A stretch of 64,000 nt of DNA from Octopus vulgaris (Eukaryota): assembly GCA_951406725.2 (NCBI GenBank), contig OX597822.1, positions 41,168,001 to 41,232,000 of the forward strand, given 5' to 3'. The notes under the pieces are model-generated. The model saw only the letters and a program-made list of their open reading frames with translations. It was not told the origin of the DNA and searched no databases. Made by a program: the position numbers and the translations under genes. How positions within the stretch are numbered: the stretch's first letter is position 1; each line of letters starts with the position of its first letter. Shown here piece by piece: positions 52,817 to 64,000 of the stretch.

Positions 52817-53012
52817 CTGTGTTTGTCCCTCCAACATCGCTTGACAACCGATGCTGCTGTGTTCACGTAACCGTAACTTAGCGGTTCGGCAAAAGAGACC
52901 GATAGAATAAGTACTAGGCTCACAAAGAATAAATCTTGGGGTCGATTTGCTCGACTATAGGCGGTGCTCCAGCATGGCCGCAGTCAAATGACTGAAACAA
53001 GTAAAAGAGTAA
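52600..53012 (+). mobile_element. SINE family A, full length
   Basis: Reverse complement of 2555-2965. Confidence 0.92.
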
Positions 53013-53014
53013 TG

Positions 53015-53328
53015 AGCTTACAGTTGTTTCTGCTATAAGACGCAATGGACTCATAGTTGAGTGCCTAAATAACACCTTACATCTTCATCGGAGCTATATA
53101 TATGAAGTGCAATTCATATGCGAAAGAATTACGTTTATGCTTATATGAGGAACGGCATCAACAAAAACATGTTTCTCCGTTGTCAATGCCGTTCCGTGTA
53201 TAGACACAACTGTAATTCTTTCCAAATAAATTGCACTTCATATTCGAGGCTCCGATGAAGCTATAATGCGTTATTCAGGCATTCAACTATGTGTTTATTG
53301 CATCTTGTCGCAGAAACAGTTGTAAGCT
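53015..53328. repeat. Diverged fold-back with a long-stem-II hammerhead-like motif in each arm
   Basis: The plus arm reads GGCT-CCGATGA...GAAA-C-AGTT-G-TA-AGCT (53248-53328) and is mirrored at 53015-53094. Confidence 0.65.
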
Positions 53329-53407
53329 AACGAAGTTATTAATATAATCATTTAAACATTTGTCATATATGTATATGCATGTATAAGCATGCATAAATAT
53401 GTGCATA

Positions 53408-53515
<108 letters not shown>

Positions 53516-53646
53516 CACCCATATTAATGTACACATATACACGCATGTACTCGAACATACAAATACTCACCACGTGTGAACAAAGGAGTTTATGTATGTG
53601 CAAATATGTGAAAATGTTGAACCTGAAACGCTTACAACATACTAGT

Positions 53647-54518
53647 TCTGATCAATAAGTATCCGGACTGTTACCGTGGTAACGAAGCTAAAGTAAGTAG
53701 AGTGAAGCCCCATAGCAGACATTGAACTCTGCTGTGCATGCCCATTAAGTTTTAACGTACTATCTCACCTCTGCTGTTTACAGCAGTGCTTTGAAGGAAG
53801 GTGTGTAGCGTGTGATCGTCACATTGACCATGACAGAAGAAGTTGTCATGGCGATACTACTCAGAGGCCTACGCACAGTTGCAGAAAGTGTATGGAGAGG
53901 AGTGTATGAGCTGCAAAAAAGTGTACGAGTGTTTCAGAAGTTTCCAAGATGGCCGAAAGAATGTCAATAGTGACGAACGTCCTGGGAGACCAACAACCAG
54001 CAGAACAGAGAAAAACATCGTAGATGTGCGTGCAGCTGTGAGGGGAAATCGTCGAATCACTATGAGTGAGTTATCAGAGGATGTGCAGATTAGTTACGGT
54101 TCATATCAGTCCATTATCGCTGAAGATTTGGATATGAGACGTCTGTCTACTAAGTTTGTGCCCAAACTGCTTGCAGCTGACTAAAAAGACGCCCGGGTTT
54201 CAGTTCCACAAGATCTTGTTTGTGTTGAGAGCAATGAAAATATTTTGAAAATTTTGCGTGGGTCTCTGAGCAGATATCGCCAAGTTTTTGACAAAATTCG
54301 ATGCAGATTCTCTGCTCAATTTTCTCTGTCATGATCAATGCGACGGCCACACGCTACACACCTTCGTTTCAAACACTGTTGTATACAGCGAAAGTGAGTT
54401 AGAACGTTTAACTTAGTGCGCATGCACAGCAGAGTTGAAGGTCAATCTGTGCCAAGCGGCTTTACTTTGCGTGCTTTAGCTTCGTTATTATGGCAACAGT
54501 CTGAAAACTTTTTGATCA
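53647..54518. mobile_element. Mariner derivative built from two facing left ends
   Basis: 53647-53838 is inverted at 54320-54518. The plus arm encodes the HTH region (QKVYGEECMS...DERPGRP...KFVPKLL). The minus arm encodes the N-terminus MTEKIEQRICIEFCQKLG. Confidence 0.85.
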
Positions 54519-54855
54519 AATTACGTAATACGCTAAAATCAAATAATTTGAATGAAAATCGGAATTAGAAATTATATTGTTGAAATTAAGGGATTGGATA
54601 ATTAAAATATAATTAAGTAAATAAAATAATAAAATAAATAACAAAAAAGAAAAATATAAAATTAAAGAGTAACGGTAAAGTACATCTCTTAGCCAGTCAA
54701 AGAGGTGAACGTCCTCCATTAGTAAATTGAACGTGAAAACCATTTGCGCATAATCAAATGTGTGTGTGCGTGCGCGCGCATGTGTATGTTTGTGTGTGTC
54801 TGAGCGCGCGCATTTATGTGTTTGTGTCTACATATATATATGTAAATATTATTTA

Positions 54856-54889
<34 letters not shown>

Positions 54890-55047
54890 CTTATACACGC
54901 ATACACACATGTATACACACATATGTGTGTATATATATATATTTCGATATATGCATATATCATTTAAATTTGTTTACAGGAAACGTTTCGAAGATACAAA
55001 TAAAGCTCTTATTCCATTATGGCTGCCACATATACATACATGTGTTC

Positions 55048-55108
<61 letters not shown>

Positions 55109-55131
55109 TGTGCGTGTGTGTGGTCGGCATG

Positions 55132-55167
<36 letters not shown>

Positions 55168-55200
55168 GAAAGAGAGAGAGAGAAAGAGAGTCAGACAGAG

Positions 55201-55313
<113 letters not shown>

Positions 55314-55596
55314 TGAAGGTTATATATATAATATGTAATGTACTTATAAGTCTTTTGACGGGCAATGATGGCTTGTAAGCCATATAATAAAAACGGTATA
55401 ATGATGGTGTACAACCATAATATAAAGAATTGAATGTGTGGTGCGCGATTGGATAATATGGTATATATCAGAAGAATAAAGTTACGAGACTCTATGGAGC
55501 ATAGGTAGAGAACAGAAGGCAAAGAGGTGAAAATATGATTATATGTGGTCGTGTGAACGATTCCAGAGATAGTAGTAACGACAGTGTATCATCCAG

Positions 55597-55970
55597 TTAG
55601 TTTGAAGAATAGGAGAAGAAATTTCTTTTGGTGGGGCATGAAGAAATCAACTTTAATGTAAATTCTAATAACTTAAACGGTTGATTATGTTGAATTTTGC
55701 AAACCCTACGCTTGTTGCCAATAATGTAAACTGGGGCGGGTTTTATAACAAACCATTTAAATTTATACTTATCTCCTTCATTCAAGCTCCAGATGTATTT
55801 TGAAAGTCCTGATGCAGATCTTTTGCGCACATATCTGAATGCGTGCACACCCTGAGAGTACCTGGATTTAAATGAGCACCCCGCAGGGCCGATATACCAC
55901 TTTCTGTCATTGTTGTAGCCATAGGTGGAAACTTTAGCACGGTAAACGATATATATTCGAAGGTATTTAT
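55597..55970 (-). pseudogene. Decayed PLE GIY-YIG endonuclease domain (possibly Naiad-like)
   Basis: IVYRAKV...WYIG...FKSRY...LSKYIWSL...FKWFVIKPAPVY...ISSCPTKRNF. The clade assignment is tentative. Confidence 0.7.
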
Positions 55971-56397
55971 CATATACAGTCCTGACCAAAAGTGTAGAAC
56001 AATTTTAAAAAAATTAAAATTGTTACGCCCAATATACGTTCCGACCAAATATAACTTTGGGCATTTAATATAAAAATTTCAGATTTATGCTCTTTTACTT
56101 GGTTCAGTCATTTAGCAAATCGACCGCTGGGCTTATTCTTTGTAAGCCTAGTACTTATTCTATCGGTCTCTTTTGCCGAACCGCTAAGTTACAGGGACAT
56201 AAACACACCAGCATCGGCATAGACTCCACTGCTCAACTGGTACTTAATTTAGCGATCTCAAAAGGATAAAAGTAAAGCCGACCTGGACGAATTTCGAACT
56301 CAGAAAATAAAATAAAGACACACGAAATACCGGTAAGCGTTATGTCCAGCCTGCTAACGATTCTGTCAGTTCACCGCCTCGTATATACGTATACACA

Positions 56398-56461
<64 letters not shown>

Positions 56462-56493
56462 AATATATGTGCTTATACATACAAACATATATA

Positions 56494-56546
56494 TTTGTTT
56501 TCCACCTGCCTTCGTCTTTTGTCTATTTTCATAAAGCTTCCCGTTA
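56494..56546 (+). mobile_element. Extreme 3' terminus of the Neptune-type PLE
   Basis: TTTGTTTTCCACCTGCCTTCGTCTTTTGTCTATTTTCATAAAGCTTCCCGTTA matches 9725-9777, with (TA) on both sides. Confidence 0.85.
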
Positions 56547-56569
56547 TATATATATATATATATATACTA

Positions 56570-56719
56570 ATTTACTCTTACTTGTTTCAGTCATTTGACT
56601 GCGGCCATGCTTTGTAACCGTAGTACTTATTCCATCTGTCTCTTTTGCCGAACTGATTAGTTAAGGGGACATAAACACACCAGCATCGGTTGTCAGGCTG
56701 TGTTGGGGAGACAAATGCA

Positions 56720-56763
<44 letters not shown>

Positions 56764-56905
56764 CATATATGCGACTGGCAATTTTCAGGATTTGGTCCGC
56801 CCGAGGCTATAGTAGAAAACACTTGCCCAAGGTGCCACACAGTGTGACTGAACCCGAAACCATGTGGATCGTAAGCAAGCTACTTACCACACAGCCACTC
56901 CTACG

Positions 56906-56910
<5 letters not shown>
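56570..56910 (-). mobile_element. SINE family A with internal deletions
   Basis: Tail and head both match 2555-2970. Partial A and C copies also lie at 56090-56380. Confidence 0.85.
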
Positions 56911-56955
<45 letters not shown>

Positions 56956-56968
56956 CACACACACAAAC

Positions 56969-57033
<65 letters not shown>

Positions 57034-57227
57034 CAGATAGATAGAGAGAGACCGAGATGGAGATAGGGAGAGAGAAGTGGAAGGAGAGAAAACGAGAGAG
57101 AGAGAGAGGGAAAAGAAAGAGAGCGAGAGAGAAAGCAAAGTAACTAAACACTATAATGCCCTTAAGCGTTGCTACATCCTATATTAAGTCACAGAAAGTA
57201 AGATCAAAACAAGCAACACACGTAATA

Positions 57228-57309
<82 letters not shown>

Positions 57310-57807
57310 GCTATACATATACCCACATACATACGTACACACAAACAAGTAACATAGCAAAAAACTAAAAACAAACACCGTTACAAATATGGCGCAGTAA
57401 TTCTATAAAAGCAGATGATAGTTTGTGTGTTAGTAGCGGAAAATTAAAAATTGTTGAGACAAACAGCGATCTGTTTGACCTCCGCCGTTTTTGTTGTTTT
57501 GGTGTGGCATCATTAACAGAAAAAGAAGAAGCCAGAACGTATTCTATAGACAACGTAATATCTGTCTGTATGTCCTACTTAGATTTGGTGAGTTCAGTTC
57601 AGAAGAACAATTAAAACGTTTTCAAGATGGCCATTTGTTTGTCTTTAATTTTCGTTTTCTGTGCTGGGGATTTGAGGTGTGTGTTTGTGAGATTGTGTTT
57701 GTGTGTATGTGTGCGTGTATGTGTATGCATGAGTGTGTGTGTGTCTGTGTGAATGTGTGTGTGTGTGATATATATATACATATATATATACAGAGAGAGA
57801 GAGATAC

Positions 57808-57860
<53 letters not shown>

Positions 57861-57913
57861 ATGTATATGAATGTATATTTATATAAGTATATATATATAT
57901 GTATATTTGTATC

Positions 57914-57968
<55 letters not shown>

Positions 57969-57969
57969 T

Positions 57970-58021
<52 letters not shown>

Positions 58022-58573
58022 CATGTATATGTATATATATATATTTCACGCCTATATGTTTATATATACATATATGTTAAGTTACACATGTGTACATGTG
58101 CACATTTATATATACACGCACCTACACATACATACAAACAAAATTAATAGACACACATACGCAAATACACACGCGTGCGCTCGCACACTCTCACACTCAT
58201 ACATTTACATGTGTGTGCGTATATGTGTATAACAAAATGTTGGTGGAAGTGTGACTGTGCGCGCACGCGTGCGTATTTGAGTCTGTGCACCAAATCTATC
58301 CGGAATTTCATTTATGATTAATTCAGAGAAAACTCAAAACATTACTTTAAGCTTCATAAGTATTGGTTCCCAGACTTGGTTTACACCTCGCAGTTGCTAA
58401 GTTTTCTCGGTAATCTGTTAATCCAGTAATCCGCCATAAATTTTATTTTGCTTTGGCGAACGTGGTTTAACAACTTATATAAGAAGGGCCAGCTGAGTTA
58501 AGAGATGTTATTGTCATCAGTATAAGACAATTGGCTCTAAAATCCCAGTCTTCGGTAACCCAATTGTTTTAAT

Positions 58574-58574
<1 letters not shown>

Positions 58575-58652
<78 letters not shown>

Positions 58653-58661
58653 CAACAATAA

Positions 58662-58758
<97 letters not shown>
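58575..58758. repeat. (AAT)n microsatellite
   Basis: Directly visible. Confidence 0.95.
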
Positions 58759-58759
58759 C

Positions 58760-60452
58760 ATGCCCGGACACTGAACAAGTGCATGCAGGACGGTTTCGTT
58801 GCTCTATGAGCACCTCGGACAAGCCCGTCTGACAGTACATCCGTTCCTGTACTGCTTATCACGAACCGGTAGCGCCCTCTGGTAGCACTGCCAGGCCAAA
58901 GACATCTGGAAATTATCCATAATAGTCCCCAACGGGAAAGTCCTCCGGAGTAGACTAACCAGTTCGTCTTGTCGACACCTAGGGCATCGTCGCATTTTCC
59001 CGCTACTAATCCTCTGTATATAGCTAAAGTGGAACATCCACCGATCCTATTGCCCGACTTGTAGAGGACAGTGAGCACCTGACGGCATTCTAAGTGCCAG
59101 ACGCCCAATCTCGGCCTATCTTTTACCCAAGACTGCAGTTCCGTCAAAGAGACGAGCTGCGGAAAGGCGTGTCGCACAAATGGAGCCCACACACGTTTAC
59201 CTTCAAGAAATTGTTGCAGGTAGCGCAACCTGAATGCGTGCCTGCACATCAAAAGCCACGGCATGCCTAAGCCGCCACACAGAGGGAGTTGCAGCAGACC
59301 AACCGCCTAACCATTGGAACGCGTCCCTTTTACAAGAATATAAACAGGATACGCTCCAATCTAATCAAGCAGTAACTGGGACAAGGCTCGACGGTCAGAT
59401 GATAAATAATGAAAGGGGCGATGTAGGTATTCTCCACCTCTGCCCGACCTTTCAGGGACAACTTCCTTTCTGCCCATTTCTGGGTAAGACAGGCCACTCT
59501 GTTCGTCACCTCTTCCCAATTCTTATCCACCTGGAGGTCAGGGCCGGACCAGACCCCGAGTAGTTTCACAGGTCCGTCAGTCCAGCATCCAACGGCATTG
59601 ATCTGAATCTCCAGGTGCTCAGTCGCAATCTCAGCGACTTGTCAGCGTTGATTTTAGCCCCTGCTACTGATTCATATTCCCTTACAATGGAGCCGACCGT
59701 CTCCTGTTCGGAGGCGTCCAACACAATGACGGTGAGGTTGTCCGAGTACGTCGACACTGTTCTCTCGAGTCCAATTTCGAAAGGGATGCCTCTTAACTAT
59801 TCCAACACATACAGTAGAGGTGACAGCGGACAGCCCTGACGGACCGAATGTGCGATACTAAACGGTTCTGATAGGTGACCATTTACTTTGACAACCGAGC
59901 AGGTGCCGCTGTGCATTGCAGCAATCCAGCTTCTGAAAACGGGTCCGAAACCGACCTTTCTAACAATGGCTTCCAAGTAGCGGTGCTCGATCCTATCGAA
60001 AGTTTTCGACTGATCTAAATTGATCAGCGCCCCACCGAAGCCAGCTTTAGTCTTAGCCCTCTCTACGATCTATCGCATAAGGTGGAGGTTGTGGATAGAT
60101 TAGCTCTGGATTGCGCACGTTTGTCCTCCCCGATCAGACTACCAACGACAAGCACCAACCTTTTCGTCAACAACTTGGGCAAAATAGTAAACTCTGGGTT
60201 TAGCAGAGTTATGGGCCAAAAATTCCCTAGTGCGTTCCCGTTGTTAGCGTCGTTTCTCCACAGTGTTACCACATCTTGGCTAACAGCACAAGGGATTCTC
60301 CCGTTCTGCTGCCAGTTTCTGTAGACAGACGTCTGCCAAGAGGCTGCCAAACAAATCTTGCATGAAATCATAGAATTTGTATGGTAGTCCATCCAGACCG
60401 GGCGATTTGCGATTTGTGCAATTGCTCATCGCCTCCCGTATTTCAGTGGATG
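58760..60452 (-). mobile_element. L1/Tx1-clade LINE ORF2 pseudogene (RT plus zinc knuckle)
   Basis: Broken minus frames give KSPGLDGLPYEFY-like sequence, NFWPITLLN, LINLDQSKTFDR, VRQGCPLSPLLY, YSDN (decayed YADD), KLSLKGRAEV, LAWQCYQRALPVRDK and CPRC. It is homologous to 28689-29858. Confidence 0.9.
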
Positions 60453-60710
60453 TAAATTAACGGCAAGTGGCTGAGCACTCCGCAGACACTCCTACCCTTA
60501 ATGTTGTTCTCAGCGAGATTCAGCCTGACACAGAATGTGACATGGCCGGCCTTTTGAAATACAAGTACTACTCACTTTTGTCTCTTGAGGTGACTGGAAC
60601 AACATGAAATAAAGTGTCTTGTTAGAGGACACAACGTGCCGCCAGTTATCGAACACGCGACCTAACAATCGTGAGCCGAATACCGTAACCACTAAGCCAC
60701 GTGCCTTCAC
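60453..60710 (-). mobile_element. SINE family B variant
   Basis: Minus strand GGCACGTGGCTTAGTGG head and GGAGTGCTCAGCCACTTGC tail. Confidence 0.78.
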
Positions 60711-60833
60711 TAAGACATTGATACATTACCATACACACACGCAAGCACACACAGACACAAACCCTGCACAGTCATATATATGTATATATATAATTACATA
60801 TGTATGAACTACACACATATATATAAACACACA

Positions 60834-60892
<59 letters not shown>

Positions 60893-60914
60893 CATATTTG
60901 TATGTATATATATA

Positions 60915-61310
60915 TATTCTTTTATTTGTTTCAGTCATTTGTCTGCGACCATACTGGATCACCGCCTTTAGTCGAGCAAATCGAACACAAGACTTATTCT
61001 TTGTAAGCCAAGTACTTATTCTATCGGTCTCTTTTGCCGAACCGCTAGGTTACAGGGCCGTAAAGACACCAACATCGGTTGTCATGCGATGTTAGGGGTG
61101 GGTGGGAACAAACACAGAAAGACAAAAACATACACACGCACACACACACATATACATATACGACGGGCTTCTACCAAATCCTCTCACAAGGCTTTGGTCA
61201 GCACGAGGCTATAGTAGAAGACACTTGCCCAAGGTGCCATGCAGTGGGACTGAACCCGGAACCATGTGGTTGTGAAGCAAGCTTCTTACCACATAGCCAC
61301 TCCTGCGCTT
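60915..61310 (-). mobile_element. SINE family A, near full length
   Basis: Colinear with 2555-2970. Confidence 0.88.
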
Positions 61311-61459
61311 ATATGTATTTATTCATACATGCAGGCATACATATGTACGTACGTACGTACATACATACATACATACATGCATACATACATACAGACATAC
61401 ACACATACCTACACGTGATACACACAAAGCGCATACATAACAACGTCATACATATACAC

Positions 61460-61890
<431 letters not shown>

Positions 61891-62276
61891 CATTGTAACC
61901 ACCCAGGGGGCACCAAATGTTAATAACATCCTTTATATTTCTCCGTTTAAATCTAAATTAATTAGTTTGGTATTAGTAAAGAAAATAATCAACTCTAATT
62001 GACTAATTAATTATTAACTTTGATAATACCCTTATTATTTAGAAATGTATTTAAGTTCTGTGTATACACGGTGTGTATAAACAAATATACACGTTTAGGC
62101 TTGTATGCACTCGTGCGCACACTCGTCTTTATATATTATGTACGCATTTATGTGTGTGTGTGTGTTTGTGTATGTGTGTGCATGTGCTTATGCATGTGTG
62201 CATGAATGGATATATGTATATATATATATTTTAGGACCATGCCTACATTTTAGAAAATTCCTGTGCACACTCGTCC

Positions 62277-62330
<54 letters not shown>

Positions 62331-62519
62331 CATTTTATAAAGGGCTTAGTAAAATAAATTACTTTGCCACATACTGAACTCATTAGAAATAGCAGCCCAA
62401 AAAATTTTTTTAGCCAAGTTCTAATACTTAAAGAAAATTTCTCTCAGATAGTGCTTACTCAAAATAGCCCACGAAGGTATGGGGGTAAAAACATTAAAAA
62501 ATCACAAGTGCAAAGGTTA

Positions 62520-62581
62520 TTTGAGAACGTACGTTTCTAGATCAGCCAAATACAATTCGACATTTCTTTCGTCAGCTCAAA
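62520..62581 (-). ncRNA. Type I hammerhead-like ribozyme, antisense copy
   Basis: Reverse complement of 62761-62822. Confidence 0.7.
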
Positions 62582-62760
62582 ATTCCTTAATTCGGATTTG
62601 TAAACACTGAAAGTAGGAGCATACCCTTTTGGCGACTTTTCACCTCCGAAGATCCGTTCAGACTAACAGTGCCAACAAATTCAAAATATGAATCGGAGGT
62701 GAAAAGTCGCCAAAAGGGTATGCTCCTACTTTCAGTGTTTACAAATCCGAATTAAGGAAT

Positions 62761-62822
62761 TTTGAGCTGACGAAAGAAATGTCGAATTGTATTTGGCTGA
62801 TCTAGAAACGTACGTTCTCAAA
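62761..62822 (+). ncRNA. Type I hammerhead-like ribozyme, copy 1
   Basis: TTTGAG-CTGACGA-A-AGA..GTCGAAT-TGT-ATTTGGC..TCT-A-GAAA-C-GTAC-G-TT-CTCAAA. 6-bp stem I, palindromic stem III loop, GUU triplet, predicted cut after 62816. There is an A.A mismatch at the base of stem II. Confidence 0.72.
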
Positions 62823-63325
62823 TAACCTTTGCACTTGTGATTTTTTAATGTTTTTACCCCCATATCTTCGTGGGCTATTTTGAGTAAGCACTATCTGAGA
62901 GAAATTTTCTTTAAGTATTAGAATTTGGCTAAAAAAAATTTTTGGGCTGCTATTTCTAATGAGTTCAGTATGTGGCAAAGTAATTTATTTTACTAAGCCC
63001 TTTATAAAATGTAATATTTTGAATTCGCCTTAAATGGTCCCTTTACATACTGAATACTTGGTGAAATTGATTAATAATTAATTAATTTTACCCTCAATTG
63101 TTGAAATTATAATTCATTTCTCTCTGTTTAATGCTTCGGTTTTCACCGATAAAATTATGGTGTTTGCTAGGTTAGCCCACGTGGGTGGAAAGGGGAGGGC
63201 AGAAATTCTTCGCTTGCATATTTTGAATTTGTTGGCACTGTTAGTCTGAACGGATCTTCGGAGGTGAAAAGTCGCCAAAAGGGTATGCTCCTACTTTCAG
63301 TGTTTACAAATCCGAATTAAGGAAT

Positions 63326-63387
63326 TTTGAGCTGACGAAAGAAATGTCGAATTGTATTTGGCTGATCTAGAAACGTACGTTCTCAAA
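63326..63387 (+). ncRNA. Type I hammerhead-like ribozyme, copy 2
   Basis: Same sequence as 62761-62822, with a predicted cut after 63381. Confidence 0.72.
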
Positions 63388-63668
63388 TAACCTTTGCACT
63401 TGTGATTTTTTAATGTTTTTACCCCCATACCTTCGTGGGCTATTTTGAGTAAGCACTATCTGAGAGAAATTTTCTTTAAGTATTAGAATTTGGCTAAAAA
63501 AATTTTTTTGGCTGCTATTTCTAATGAGTTCAGTATGTGGCAAAGTAATTTATTTTACTAAGCCCTTTATAAAATGTAATATTTTGAATTCGCTTTAAAT
63601 GGTCCCTTTACATACTGAATACTTGGTGAAATTGAGTAATAGTTAATTAATTTTTCCCTCAATGGTTG

Positions 63669-63713
<45 letters not shown>

Positions 63714-63766
63714 GCGTTTCTGTGTATATATGTGTATACGTGTGTGTGTGTGTGTGTGTGTGTGGT

Positions 63767-63813
<47 letters not shown>

Positions 63814-64000
63814 AAGGAATTGTGCAAAATTTTGGCATTGTAAGCTACACCAATGCTAGAACGGGACGACACTGCATAGTGCCAAAGATCCCAGTAATGC
63901 CACCACGCTTCAGGACCAGCTTCTACAACAGCCTGGGTTTCAAGGGCCCACAGTTTTTTAATATTCTCCCAAAGAGTCTGAGGAACTTGCACAAAGTAGA

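Larger units (their letters stand above)
62325..63673 (+). mobile_element. Non-coding hammerhead-bearing element (retrozyme-like): inverted partial unit plus about 1.7 tandem 565-nt units
   Basis: 62693-63108 is repeated at 63258-63673 (offset 565, a few substitutions). 62325-62690 is an antisense partial unit. There are three hammerhead folds and (TA)n on both sides. Confidence 0.8.

Noticed and set aside
63811-64000. Minus-strand IKKLWALET...GITGIFGT, faintly like an RLE retrotransposon C-terminus
   Set aside because: It needs a frameshift, the similarity is weak and it is cut by the window edge.

Overview
Eukaryotic, AT-rich, non-coding DNA with no recognisable host gene, rRNA, true tRNA or CRISPR. 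The repeat landscape suggests an octopus or other coleoid cephalopod genome, which is an inference from the SINE families and microsatellite load. Very long (TA)n, (CA)n, (GATA)n, (CATA)n and trinucleotide tracts explain almost all ORFs in the supplied track. Three tRNA-headed SINE families occur in many copies. Other elements are Tc1/mariner remnants and MITEs, L1/Tx1-type LINE fragments, an R4/Dong-like 3' end, and several Penelope-like elements (PLEs), including a young 5'-truncated Neptune-type RT+GIY-YIG copy at 7461-9778. The most striking signal is two non-coding elements made of tandem 596-nt (9799-10857) and 565-nt (62325-63673) monomers. Each monomer carries a type I hammerhead ribozyme fold with an extended stem II. 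The two elements share ordered sequence blocks and an equivalent 3' end, and both sit in (TA)n. They look like a retrozyme-like, circRNA-capable family probably mobilised by PLEs. About a dozen further intact or decayed hammerhead-like motifs and many fold-back insertions at (TA)n tracts surround them. One SINE family also shares its 3' tail with the Tx1-like LINE. Boundaries were read by eye and are approximate.
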